A stretch of DNA of 54,708 bases from Alphaproteobacteria bacterium (GCA_017958225.1 JAGDDD010000004.1:1-54708), one strand, 5' to 3'; positions 1 through 9,117 are shown, numbered from the stretch's first letter. Program-made: numbers and translations. The notes: generated by a model from the letters alone, not told the origin.

Positions 1-467
1 AGATACAGGACTTTAATATTGTCCCGTATACCTCGGTTTTGCCGCCGGAACTTTTTGGCAATATTGTGCCGGTAGATCAGGTCGCGCAACACTTTAAACA
101 CGGGGCTGTTTTGGAAGTGATTATGGCCGGCACGGGCGCGCGACAGGAAGAACATAAAGCGATTGCCACCGGCGTCGGCATTGTGTGGGGCAAGGATAAA
201 CACGACCACTTTATCGGTGGTTGGGCGGCAGAATATGTGGAGTTTTTTGACACCTATATCAACGATGATATTGCAAAAGCACATTGTGAATTGTGGCTGA
301 CAAAATCACTCAATCATGAGTTGGCTTTGCGCGATGTCGTGCAACACAGTGATTTTCAGTTTTATCACAACTTTGTCAATATCACACAGCCTTTCGGTTA
401 TTCATTGACAGCGTTAGGTTTCTTGAACTTTGAAACTGCCCCTGTCGTTGAAATCAAAAAAGGCTAA
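1..467 (+). CDS. aaxB: pyruvoyl-dependent arginine decarboxylase (PdaD/AaxB family), 5' end outside the window
   Basis: Frame 3 is open from nt 3 ([19 protein letters not shown]...), so the TTG at 39 in the ORF track is internal. YT/SVLPPE resembles the self-cleavage site that creates the pyruvoyl group (archaeal PdaD ...ISSIMPPE, recalled from memory). Stop at 465-467; an amino-acid antiporter follows 2 nt later. Confidence 0.8.
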   Translation, partial: IQDFNIVPYTSVLPPELFGNIVPVDQVAQHFKHGAVLEVIMAGTGARQEEHKAIATGVGIVWGKDKHDHFIGGWAAEYVEFFDTYINDDIAKAHCELWLTKSLNHELALRDVVQHSDFQFYHNFVNITQPFGYSLTALGFLNFETAPVVEIKKG

Positions 468-469
468 GG

Positions 470-1900
470 ATGAAAAATAGGAGTCAAAACATGACAAATA
501 CAAAATTAGGCACACTCGGTTTGGCCGCCATTGTCGTCAGTTCTATGATTGGCGGCGGTATCTTTTCACTGCCGCAAAATATGGCGCAATCTGCCGCGGC
601 CGGCGCGGTGCTCATCGCGTGGATAATTACCGGAATCGGGATGTATTTTATCGCCAATACTTTTCGTATTTTAGCAGCCGAAAAGCCTAATTTAACTTCG
701 GGCATTTATATGTATGCGCGCAGTGGTTTTGGCTCCTATATGGGTTTTAATATCGGGTGGAGTTATTGGCTCTGTCAGATTTGCGGTAATGTCGGTTATG
801 CGGTCATTACCATGGATGCTTTGAATTATTTTTTTCCCGGTGTTTTTGAAGGCGGCAATAATTTAGCGTCCGTTATCGGTGGCTCGGTTTTGATTTGGTT
901 TTTTAATTTTCTTGTGCTGCGCGGTGTCAGGCAGGCAGCCAAAATCAACCTAATCGCCACCATCACAAAAATTGTGCCGTTGCTGATTTTTATCGGCATT
1001 TTAGGTTATGTGTTTCAAGCGCACCAATTCGGCTATAACTATTGGGGACAGTTTTCAAAAATCGGCTCTTTGCCGGATCAAATTAAAAGCACTATGTTGG
1101 TGACATTGTGGGCATTTATCGGCATAGAAGGCGCAGTAGTTTTGTCCGCCCGCGCACGCTCTCAATCGGCGGTCGGCAAGGCCACTTTGCTTGGCTTTCT
1201 CGGCTGTTTAGTCATTTATATTTTGCTCTCGCTGTTGCCTTTCGGCTACATGGGACAAGGCAAACTGGCCACCATTGCCAACCCTTCCACCGCCGGCATT
1301 TTGCAAGATATCGTCGGCAATTGGGGCGCGTGGCTGATGAATATCGGGCTCATTATTGCTATTTTAGCCAGTTGGTTATCGTGGACAATGATTGTTGCGG
1401 AGATGCCTTACGCTATGGCGAAAAACGGCACTTTCCCGAAATGTTTTGCCAAGGAAAATGACAAGCAAACGCCCTATGTGTCTTTATGGACCACCAGTTT
1501 TTTGATGCAGTTAGCGATGTTGCTTGTGTATTTTGCGCATAACGCTTGGAACACAATGTTGTCGATTACAGGTGTGATGGTGTTGCCGGCGTATTTAACG
1601 TCCTGCCTGTATTTGTGGAAATTGTGTAAAACGGGCAAGGATAGGAAGCGCGAGGCTTTAGTAACCGGCCTGTTAGGTGCTATTTATGCCCTGTGGCTGA
1701 TTTATGCAGCCGGTTTAAGTTATTTGCTGATGGCGGTCATTTTGATTGCGGCCGGCTATCCCGTTTATGTGTGGGCACGCAAAGAACAAGGCGTCAAAGG
1801 CCCTGTGCTGACAAAACACGAATGCTATTTAGCATGGACAATTTTTATCGTTGCCGGCTTTGCGTTATATGCCTGTACACATCACATGATTGCTTTATAA
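470..1900 (+). CDS. aaxC: APC-superfamily basic amino acid/polyamine antiporter (ArcD/AaxC-like, probable arginine:agmatine exchanger)
   Basis: 476 aa, polytopic. N-terminal SSMIGGGIFSLPQNMA motif and overall ArcD/YdgI-like sequence. Directly downstream of the decarboxylase. Confidence 0.75.
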   Translation: MKNRSQNMTNTKLGTLGLAAIVVSSMIGGGIFSLPQNMAQSAAAGAVLIAWIITGIGMYFIANTFRILAAEKPNLTSGIYMYARSGFGSYMGFNIGWSYWLCQICGNVGYAVITMDALNYFFPGVFEGGNNLASVIGGSVLIWFFNFLVLRGVRQAAKINLIATITKIVPLLIFIGILGYVFQAHQFGYNYWGQFSKIGSLPDQIKSTMLVTLWAFIGIEGAVVLSARARSQSAVGKATLLGFLGCLVIYILLSLLPFGYMGQGKLATIANPSTAGILQDIVGNWGAWLMNIGLIIAILASWLSWTMIVAEMPYAMAKNGTFPKCFAKENDKQTPYVSLWTTSFLMQLAMLLVYFAHNAWNTMLSITGVMVLPAYLTSCLYLWKLCKTGKDRKREALVTGLLGAIYALWLIYAAGLSYLLMAVILIAAGYPVYVWARKEQGVKGPVLTKHECYLAWTIFIVAGFALYACTHHMIAL

Positions 1901-1906
1901 GGAGAT

Positions 1907-3031
1907 ATGATGAAAAAAATGCTGTGTTTGTTGATCCTGTATGCTTTGTGTTCTGAGCAGGCCAAAGCGGATTTTTATCAACAATTCAAACAAGATTTAC
2001 AAGATAAAATCGGCTTGAGTTATTCGCTGGATATTTCCTTTTTAGGCCAGCGAGGCGCGCCCAACGGTAAGGGAACGCCTTGGCAGACGCAATATTACGG
2101 ATCGGCTAACTGGGATATTTTTTCCAACGCCTTGGGCAGTGGATCGCTTCAAGTCGCCTATACCGCGGTGCGTTATTCGGGCATGACCGGCACAGAATTG
2201 TCTGATCGTTTAGGCGTTGTGTCCTCGGTCAATGACTATACCGGCTTGACGAATAATTTTGACCAATTGAGTTACACGCATCAACTGCCCGGCAAGGCCA
2301 AAGCGTTTTCCGTTATGGTCGGGCAATTTCCTTTGTATAATTTTGATGGCACAGATTATGATAGCAACCAGCAAGTCAATTTCCTCAACTATGCGTTAAG
2401 TCAAAACGGCTCTTCCGCTTATCCGGTCGCCAGTTTGGGTGCGGCGGTAACTTTTGCGCCTAACGCTTTGTGGAATATCACGGTCGGCGGACAAGACGCG
2501 TCTAATGTATCCGGCGACACCATCAGCACGCACAAGTTATCCAAAGGCAAATTCACCTCGTTTGCCAGCGCCACTTTAACCCCGCAAATTATGGGGCGCG
2601 CCGGACAATATGGTATCTTGATTTATCATCAACCCAGCGTCGCCGCTCAGCCGGAAGAAAGTTTCGGATGGAGTTTGAATATGCAGCAATTTATATCGGA
2701 AAAAATAGCGGTGTTTGGGCGTATCAACGGAACGCAAAAATCAACCGAGGGCATCCGGCAATCTTATGTTATCGGCTCTGTGCTTAATGACCCTTTAGGT
2801 CGCAATGAGTTGGATCAAATCGGGTTAGCCGCGGCGCTCAATAAAATCAATAAGAGCGCTAATCCGACCGGCGCGCGTTCATTTGAAACCGTGTTGGAAA
2901 GTTATTGGGCATGGGGCATTTCTTCGTATCTGACCATTACGCCGGATGTGCAATTTTATATCAACCCGGGCAACAACCGCAAAAGCAAAACCGCGACCGT
3001 CACATCACTGCGTGCCACTTTAATGTTTTGA
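1907..3031 (+). CDS. outer-membrane beta-barrel porin, OprB/AaxA-like
   Basis: Signal peptide MMKKMLCLLILYALCSEQAKA. Gly/Tyr/Asn-rich alternating pattern and C-terminal ...LRATLMF with terminal Phe. aaggag RBS; 6-nt gap after the antiporter. Confidence 0.5.
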   Translation: MMKKMLCLLILYALCSEQAKADFYQQFKQDLQDKIGLSYSLDISFLGQRGAPNGKGTPWQTQYYGSANWDIFSNALGSGSLQVAYTAVRYSGMTGTELSDRLGVVSSVNDYTGLTNNFDQLSYTHQLPGKAKAFSVMVGQFPLYNFDGTDYDSNQQVNFLNYALSQNGSSAYPVASLGAAVTFAPNALWNITVGGQDASNVSGDTISTHKLSKGKFTSFASATLTPQIMGRAGQYGILIYHQPSVAAQPEESFGWSLNMQQFISEKIAVFGRINGTQKSTEGIRQSYVIGSVLNDPLGRNELDQIGLAAALNKINKSANPTGARSFETVLESYWAWGISSYLTITPDVQFYINPGNNRKSKTATVTSLRATLMF

Positions 3032-3032
3032 T

Positions 3033-3075
3033 AAAAAAAATCTCCAACTTGCGTTAAAACAAATTGGAGATTTTT
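3033..3075. terminator. bidirectional rho-independent terminator
   Basis: A8-TCTCCAA...TTGGAGA-T5 hairpin between convergent genes. Confidence 0.6.
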
Positions 3076-3091
3076 GTGCTAACAATAACTC

Positions 3092-4153
3092 TTAGGCTTT
3101 CTTCGCCTTTTTCGCGGCTTTTTTAGCCGGCTTTTTCACGGCTGTTTTCTTTTTAGCCGGACGACCGCGTTTGCCCTTAACGGTCTTGGCTTTCTGTGCT
3201 GTCACAGATTGCGCACCTTTCGCAGGGCGACCACGACGCGCCACAGGCGCAGGGGCAAGAGCCACCACTGGATGTTCGGTAACAACCGCAACCGGTTTCG
3301 GCGGAACAACAGCCACCGCCTTACAGCGACAACAACGAGGTGCCGGCAACAAGCAACCGATTAAAATCGCTGCATAAACCGCCATCGGAACACCGTAATA
3401 CATCGTCGGCCAATGCGACCAAACCACGGCCAACACGATATCGGCAACAAGCACCAACACGCTGGCTTTCCATGTCGGACGAATCCAGGCAGCCACAATC
3501 AATTGCAATGGCACCAGGAAGAACAAAACAATGAAGGAGACAGCCTGCAACGCCAACACATCTTGCTCCACCAGGCCGGCTTCAGAGGCCATAATTTCCG
3601 GCGCAGCAGCCATGCCAATGGCGGTCCAGATGACAACAGACAACACGGCCATCAGGCACACCCACATAATCTTTGAGCAAACGGAGCACACCGTCATACG
3701 TTCCACTTTCTTTTGCCAACCGAAGAACCCGACGAGCTCCACATACGGCAACAGCAAATAAACCAAGCACGCAGCGAACATCCACAACGCACCTAAGGCA
3801 ATAGGAGAACCGGCACCCAAGAAGGCGAGGAAAGTGGGCATTTTACCCAACACCCATAAACAGGCCACGATTAACACCATCGCCACCGAGCAAACGCGCA
3901 AGAAACGCGCTAAATAGGGGGCTTTTTGTGCTTGCAAAATCCAGGAAGAGACCCAACGGGCCACAAATAACAAAGCCAATCCGGCCAAAGCGCACTGCAT
4001 AATGGGCGGCTCCCAACCGGCTTCTTCTAACTGTGCGGGTAATTTCACCAACGCGATGTTGCCGAGCCACGCTACGACACATACCGCCAAATACACCCAC
4101 AATCTTTTTTTACTCGACCACAAGGCCGCTGCTTTCATAAAACGTTCTTTCAT
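3092..4153 (-). CDS. polytopic membrane protein with C-terminal AT-hook / histone-H1-like Lys-Ala-Pro tail
   Basis: Multiple hydrophobic helices followed by CCRC. A 48-aa tail follows: RRGRPAKGAQSVTAQKAKTVKGKRGRPAKKKTAVKKPAKKAAKKAKKA. RBS aggag; candidate promoter TTGTGC-N16-TATACT at 4190-4217 (minus). Confidence 0.6.
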   Translation of the reverse strand: MKERFMKAAALWSSKKRLWVYLAVCVVAWLGNIALVKLPAQLEEAGWEPPIMQCALAGLALLFVARWVSSWILQAQKAPYLARFLRVCSVAMVLIVACLWVLGKMPTFLAFLGAGSPIALGALWMFAACLVYLLLPYVELVGFFGWQKKVERMTVCSVCSKIMWVCLMAVLSVVIWTAIGMAAAPEIMASEAGLVEQDVLALQAVSFIVLFFLVPLQLIVAAWIRPTWKASVLVLVADIVLAVVWSHWPTMYYGVPMAVYAAILIGCLLPAPRCCRCKAVAVVPPKPVAVVTEHPVVALAPAPVARRGRPAKGAQSVTAQKAKTVKGKRGRPAKKKTAVKKPAKKAAKKAKKA

Positions 4154-4230
4154 ATGTATCTCCTATTGAGTTATTGTTTTACGAAAATGAGTATAGCTTA
4201 TTTAGCAAAAAGCACAAGACTTTTTTATCT

Positions 4231-5358
4231 TTATTTTTGGGCTGCGGGCAAAATATCTATCACGACGAATTCGGACTTGGTGCCCGTTTTAAACTGAATA
4301 GCCCACGACGACAGGCCGGAAGTGACGATAAAATCTGTATTTTTCCGCCGCGTATGGCCGTAAATAGAATCGTTCGCGCCTATCCATCGACCCACCCAAT
4401 TAAACGGGAAAAGTTGCCCGCCATGCGTGTGACCGGACAACACTAAATCGGCACGCCCTTGTTGATTTTCAAAGTCGGCAGGCTGATGATCCAGCACAAT
4501 GCTATATTTATTTTTATCCAAATCTTGCGTCAGGTCATCCATGGACAAGCGGTGTCCGCGCCCTTCCTGTTGCACCGAGGCGTCTTGCCGACCGATGATA
4601 TAAAACGCGTCATCGACCAGGACTTTTTCATCTTGCAAGACAATCACGCCGGCCTTTTCCAGGGTGTCAATTAAATCTTGTTTTGTAAAACCACGCTGTG
4701 CGCTGTGGAAATAGCCTTTATCGTGATTGCCCATCACGAAATAAACACCATATTTTGTTTTAAGTTGTCCCAGCGCCTGTGTGCCCTTTACCATATCTTC
4801 TCGACGCGTATTATCATCTACATAATCGCCGACCACAAAAACAATATCCGGTTTTTGCGCCTGTAGCTTTTTCAATCTTTTGGCAAAACCATCAGCGTGA
4901 AAAGTCGTGCCTAAATGCACATCGGCGAACATCGCAATTTTTAATGGCGGCACTTCCTTGTCCGTGATTAAAGTGTAATGCGTCACCCACGCCTGATGGT
5001 TCAGATACCACCCGACAGACAAGGCAGCGAGCGTAAGACCTATCGCCACCATACCGATATACGGATAGGCTACAGAAATATCAAAGGCTTTATTTAACAG
5101 ATAAAAAACAAAGTCAGTCGCGCCCCAAATCAAAGCTAAATACAACACGCAGACCATGGCATTGACGACATCTAAACACGCGGAAATAAGACCACCGGCC
5201 AACAACACGGCTCCCAAGCAAATCAACACGCGCTTCATAAAGCCCCATTGACCGAGCCAATCGGTTGGCAACATCAGCGCCACGCGCGAGGACACATAGG
5301 CTATCGCCGCTGCGACAATCGCCATAGACACCCACAAAATAATAATCCACATTGTCAT
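4231..5358 (-). CDS. membrane-anchored metallophosphoesterase (calcineurin-like, YkuE-type)
   Basis: N-terminal TM helices followed by the motifs DVHLG, GDYVDD, GNHD and GHTHGG. Confidence 0.8.
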   Translation of the reverse strand: MTMWIIILWVSMAIVAAAIAYVSSRVALMLPTDWLGQWGFMKRVLICLGAVLLAGGLISACLDVVNAMVCVLYLALIWGATDFVFYLLNKAFDISVAYPYIGMVAIGLTLAALSVGWYLNHQAWVTHYTLITDKEVPPLKIAMFADVHLGTTFHADGFAKRLKKLQAQKPDIVFVVGDYVDDNTRREDMVKGTQALGQLKTKYGVYFVMGNHDKGYFHSAQRGFTKQDLIDTLEKAGVIVLQDEKVLVDDAFYIIGRQDASVQQEGRGHRLSMDDLTQDLDKNKYSIVLDHQPADFENQQGRADLVLSGHTHGGQLFPFNWVGRWIGANDSIYGHTRRKNTDFIVTSGLSSWAIQFKTGTKSEFVVIDILPAAQK

Positions 5359-5376
5359 GTGCTTTTCCTTGTTTCT

Positions 5377-6504
5377 CTAACGAATCCTCTTATGTTGTCC
5401 TTTTGATGCATTGTGTCGGAGTTTTCTTATCGGATGGGGCTTCCATGCAAAATAATCGATAGCCTTACCCTCTTTTGTCAGATTTTGCAGTCTCTCTTCT
5501 GCTTCTTGTTCTGTTAAATGAGGATTACCACAAACTTGCTCCCACGCGCTTGCATTGTTGATAAGATAAATCTTTTTGTGATATTTTTGGCCCAAGTCTT
5601 GCAGGGAAATTTCTTCGCAGTCCGTGTAAGAAAGATCAAACGGACTGACGTATTCATACGGCTTTCCACCCCACAGAGGAACGACCGCACGCAGTTTTTT
5701 TATTTTACGCCTATCAACTGTATATTTGTATGTCGGTTTATTGGCTTTTTCAAAAGATTGAATTGCTTCCTTGACCGTTTGCCCTGCATAATTAAAGGCG
5801 AACAACCGTGCCTTGTTTGTCCGAGGCCATAAGCACGCATTTTCTCCCTTAATCGGAAGACCGGCAGGAAAAAACGATTCTTTGTCTTCCCCATCCGTCA
5901 TAAAAGTTTGTTTTTGCTCTTGTTCCAAGGTGTCCACATTGCATATGAATGCAGCAATCGTCTTATCCACAGGACGACTTGAACACGTCACCAATTTATT
6001 CGGCAGGCGTTTAGGACTTTGATTTCTTTTGTCAACGCAATGTTGAACGAGTTGGCGCACTTGCGCATCTGACAAGCCCAATTGGGTTTTCAACAAATGT
6101 TCCACCACCAAAAATCTAACCCGACCGGCCGCCGGCCAATAGGACGGATTGCCCCTTACTGAATATTGCCCCGGATTCAATAACCTTTCATAAAATGCCT
6201 GCTTATTTCTATCATCAAAAACATCCACTTTTTGATCTTTTTCATAGCCCAGTCTGATGGCATCTTTGACCAAGAAAAATTTACCGGCCAACGCGCGTTC
6301 TGCCGGGGTATAAGCGCCTTTTCTTGCCTTTAAGTTATCTAAAGTTGCTTGTATTTCCTCGTAAAGATAGTTATACAAAAATTGTCCGTATGTCCAATCT
6401 CGCCCCGCACAATTGTGCAACACTCGATTGAGAAAAACGTCAAAATCCGCAACAGCGTTTAATACGTTTTGTATTTTGCGAAAAGCATCCGCTTTTTGGG
6501 ACAT
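5377..6504 (-). CDS. hypothetical protein (no domain recognised)
   Basis: Long ORF in a low-GC stretch. The start is placed at MSQK (6504) because AAGGAGG (6511-6517) lies 6 nt upstream. 18 nt upstream of the phosphoesterase gene. Confidence 0.55.
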   Translation of the reverse strand: MSQKADAFRKIQNVLNAVADFDVFLNRVLHNCAGRDWTYGQFLYNYLYEEIQATLDNLKARKGAYTPAERALAGKFFLVKDAIRLGYEKDQKVDVFDDRNKQAFYERLLNPGQYSVRGNPSYWPAAGRVRFLVVEHLLKTQLGLSDAQVRQLVQHCVDKRNQSPKRLPNKLVTCSSRPVDKTIAAFICNVDTLEQEQKQTFMTDGEDKESFFPAGLPIKGENACLWPRTNKARLFAFNYAGQTVKEAIQSFEKANKPTYKYTVDRRKIKKLRAVVPLWGGKPYEYVSPFDLSYTDCEEISLQDLGQKYHKKIYLINNASAWEQVCGNPHLTEQEAEERLQNLTKEGKAIDYFAWKPHPIRKLRHNASKGQHKRIR

Positions 6505-6527
6505 CCCCATCCTCCTTGTCATAAGAA

Positions 6528-6556
6528 AAATTAGCCTATTTCCCGACTTTTGTCAA
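6528..6556 (-). promoter_or_regulatory. candidate sigma70 promoter TTGACA-N17-TAATTT for the 375-aa orphan
   Basis: Read on the minus strand; the -35 box lies 7 nt from the divergent -35 box. Confidence 0.35.
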
Positions 6557-6563
6557 ACAGAAC

Positions 6564-6593
6564 TTGACATATGGCGAGCAAGAAGCGCATAAT
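6564..6593 (+). promoter_or_regulatory. candidate sigma70 promoter TTGACA-N18-CATAAT for the 182-aa orphan
   Basis: Hexamers read directly, about 20 nt upstream of the ATG at 6615. Confidence 0.35.
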
Positions 6594-6614
6594 ACCAGAT
6601 AAAGGAAATCACGC

Positions 6615-7163
6615 ATGAAACTTTATCACTATGTCCCTAAAGGTAGTCGCGCCACAGAAACCGGGCTTTTTTCTTTTGCCAAAAGCCCACGAGTTAATTT
6701 AGATTATTATATCAAGCGTTCCGGTTGCCATACACAGGCCACCATTGCACAATGGATGGACGGATTCTTTCCTGGCTACAGCCGCGGTGTGCGCGTTTTA
6801 AAAGAACCTTTAAAGTGGCATCCTAAATGCCTGCGATTGAAAGAATTTATTGATGAAAACGATTTATTGGAAATTGATGTAACCGCCTTGCACAAAGCCG
6901 GTTTAATAGAGGCAGTTTATTACAATCCGCCCCTGCGGGTGCCACAAAATAAAAAAGAGGAAGAACAACTGTTGCATGAGATAGACAACCGAAAACAAGA
7001 CGGCTTCGTCAAAATTACTTTAGCCGATATTTCCACCGACCCCGTGGATTATTCCGTTTGCGACGATGAAAGCGGACGACGTTTTGCGTTCCTGCCCTTT
7101 TATTTGTTGGTCATGAAAGATGGCGTAATTCCTCCGAAATATTTAAAAATAATTCATAAATAA
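6615..7163 (+). CDS. hypothetical protein (no domain recognised)
   Basis: 182-aa ORF with an aaggaa RBS, low G+C, divergent from the 375-aa orphan. Confidence 0.55.
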   Translation: MKLYHYVPKGSRATETGLFSFAKSPRVNLDYYIKRSGCHTQATIAQWMDGFFPGYSRGVRVLKEPLKWHPKCLRLKEFIDENDLLEIDVTALHKAGLIEAVYYNPPLRVPQNKKEEEQLLHEIDNRKQDGFVKITLADISTDPVDYSVCDDESGRRFAFLPFYLLVMKDGVIPPKYLKIIHK

Positions 7164-7232
7164 AATCACTATACATCATGCGATAAATCGGTATAATGGG
7201 CCGTGAGACATAACTATGGATGAGAGGCGCCC

Positions 7233-8456
7233 ATGAAGTTTAATATGATCAACAAGAAAACATTACCCTTTTTAGGATTGGGCATTTCCACGCAAGCGCC
7301 TATCAATTTAATCGGGGGCCTGTTGATGTTGTGGGCGACACAAAGCGGCCTCAATTTAGAAGCAGTCGGCGTGTTCGCGGCGGTCACTTTGCCTTATTGC
7401 CTGACATTTTTATGGGCACCATTTGTGGATAGAATCAACCTGCCCCTTGCCAACCGGTTCGGACGTAAAAAAATGTGGTGCCTGGTATGGCAACTGGGCG
7501 TGATTTTAGGCTTGTTATGTATGTCCACCCTTACCCCTAATCAAGATGTGATGTGTTTATTTTTCTGCGCCCTGTGGGTCGGCTTTTGCGGCGCCAGTCA
7601 AGGTATGACGGTTGACGGATTACGTATTGACACGCTCAAAGGGGATGATTTAACGAATGGAACGGTGCTGTTTAATTTCGGCAACCGTTTGGGTTATTTT
7701 GCCGCCACGGCCGGTATGATTGCGCTATCGGGCGTGCTGTCGTGGTCGTTGGTGTATAAAATCGCGACGCTGATTATTCTGGTCGGCACGCTGTCTGTGC
7801 CCTTTATTCGTGAAGGCAAGCAAGCCTCCGTGCCGGCGAATTTTGACACAATGGTTGTTCGCCCGTTCAAAGACTTTTACGCGCGCCAACCGCTGTTGCT
7901 GTTGTGCGGTTTTATTGTGCTATATAAGTTGTGTAACGGGATGTTGGGCAAAATGGCCTATCCGTTTTATTACGATGTCGGTTTTACCAAAAATCAGATT
8001 GCCCTTGTGTCCGCCACTTTCGGCTCTATCATTACGACCATAGGTGTGTTCTGCGGCGGCTTTGTGTTACAAAAAGTCAAGTTTCGGCCATTGCTGTTTT
8101 GGTTAGGTGGCATAGAGATTTTGACCAGCCTTGCCTTTGCCGGCTTGGCGGCCATCGGGCCGAGCATCCCCTGGTTCTTGGCTATTATCGTGTTTGACAA
8201 TATCGTCGGCGGTATGGGGACAGCCATTTGGGCGGTCTTTTTATCTACGCTGTGCTCACGTCAATTCTCCGCAACGCAGTACGCCTTCTTAAACGCTTTG
8301 ACTATGGTGCCTTTGACGCTGCTGGGAACGACAAGCGGATGGCTTGCCGCACAGATGGGATGGGTCGCCTATTTTACCTTTACAGGCGTTTTAATGGTGC
8401 CGGCACTGTGTATGATTCGCTATAGCACGCGTCTGTTCAAAGGCAAAAAGGCCTAA
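7233..8456 (+). CDS. ampG: MFS muropeptide permease AmpG
   Basis: FLWAPFVDR...GRKKMW matches the AmpG signature FLWSPLMDR...GRRRGW (recalled). 12-TM-like profile. Confidence 0.8.
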   Translation: MKFNMINKKTLPFLGLGISTQAPINLIGGLLMLWATQSGLNLEAVGVFAAVTLPYCLTFLWAPFVDRINLPLANRFGRKKMWCLVWQLGVILGLLCMSTLTPNQDVMCLFFCALWVGFCGASQGMTVDGLRIDTLKGDDLTNGTVLFNFGNRLGYFAATAGMIALSGVLSWSLVYKIATLIILVGTLSVPFIREGKQASVPANFDTMVVRPFKDFYARQPLLLLCGFIVLYKLCNGMLGKMAYPFYYDVGFTKNQIALVSATFGSIITTIGVFCGGFVLQKVKFRPLLFWLGGIEILTSLAFAGLAAIGPSIPWFLAIIVFDNIVGGMGTAIWAVFLSTLCSRQFSATQYAFLNALTMVPLTLLGTTSGWLAAQMGWVAYFTFTGVLMVPALCMIRYSTRLFKGKKA

Positions 8457-8944
8457 CGTCTGTATTTGAAATAGGCCCAAAAATTGCTGGCAAAAGAGAA
8501 AATCTCTAACAGGCCGGCCCAATTTTTAATGCTGATTTGATAGGCCAAATACGTCAAACAGTTCCACCCGCCAATCAGGCGCATTTGCTGTGGCGGCAAA
8601 AACCACACGCAAAACAGGGTAATCGAGGTCGTTAAAATCACCAACAGCGAGGACAAGCCCACATAGGTTGTGTATAAAATCACCAGGTAAATGCTTTGGA
8701 AAAACACCCAGCCCCACAGCCATTGTTTATGTAATCTCTCTTTGATATTGGCGACAATCAGCATAAAAAACACCGCGATAAACACATACGCGCCACTCAA
8801 AGAATTAAAGCAATACAGGCCGATGACCGTAAAGATTTTGGCAATTAGATCGAGCGCTAAAATGGCAGCCTTATTCTTCATAAAGCGACTGAGGCAATAA
8901 CACGCATAATTTAAAATGGTAAAAATATAACCCAACATCAGCAT
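8453..8944 (-). CDS. small inner-membrane protein, YgjV-like
   Basis: 163 aa with about 5 TM helices; family assignment by resemblance only. Confidence 0.45.
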   Translation of the reverse strand: MLMLGYIFTILNYACYCLSRFMKNKAAILALDLIAKIFTVIGLYCFNSLSGAYVFIAVFFMLIVANIKERLHKQWLWGWVFFQSIYLVILYTTYVGLSSLLVILTTSITLFCVWFLPPQQMRLIGGWNCLTYLAYQISIKNWAGLLEIFSFASNFWAYFKYRR

Positions 8945-8982
8945 ATTTCTTTTATAACCGAAAGAGCCTTAAAAATCAAAGC

Positions 8983-9025
8983 ATAAAAAAAACCGGCCTA
9001 ACGACCGGTTTTTATTTATTGGTTG
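8983..9025. repeat. left copy of the 41-43 bp direct repeat (hairpin terminator plus CAACCA)
   Basis: ATAAAAAAAACCGGCCTAACGACCGGTTTTTATTTATTGGTTG. Identical to 11384-11424 apart from two 1-nt indels. Confidence 0.85.
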
Positions 9026-9117
9026 AGCTGTGTAGGCGAATCACGAGCCAACGATTATGAACACTACCTTATATTTGCGAATAAATTAAAACATTTCTGC
9101 GACACGCTACAGGAAAA

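Noticed and set aside
39-467. TTG at 39 as the start of the decarboxylase, and similar N-terminal extensions in the ORF track (15110, 14186, 13170, 19750, 21077, 23170, 34957, 38187, 38305, 40967, 45765, 50476, 52082, 6522, 31186)
   Set aside because: In each case either the frame is open further upstream (nt 3 for aaxB), or a downstream ATG with a good RBS and an orthologue-like N-terminus is more plausible.
4267-4272. GAATTC avoidance as evidence for the specificity or activity of the EcoRI-family system
   Set aside because: GAATTC occurs at least at 4267-4272 and 38172-38177, and CAATTG also occurs (about 19704). One window gives no basis for a depletion statistic, and specificity cannot be read from the protein by eye.
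5377-7163. Weak motif hints in the orphan proteins: an R-x5-H (RFLVVEH) HEPN-like spacing in the 375-aa protein, and an N-terminal KLYHYVP...GLFS reminiscent of LYH.T...GL motifs of some ADP-ribosyltransferase/phosphotransferase folds in the 182-aa protein
   Set aside because: These are single short matches without the accompanying conserved residues. They are too weak to assign a fold and are mentioned only as leads for profile searches.
9034-9047. GGCGAATCACGAG just inside the left island end resembles GCCGAACCACGAG at 11348-11360 near the right end
   Set aside because: The match is short and imperfect (about 10 of 12), with no extended similarity around it. It is probably chance.
9026-9066. 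Possibility that the sequence following the left repeat (…CAACCA context) is a second tRNA 3' fragment
   Set aside because: The reverse complement (GGCTCGTGATTCGCCTACACAGCT-CAACCA) has no T-loop consensus or stem complementarity. Only the 6-nt CAACCA is shared with the tRNA.
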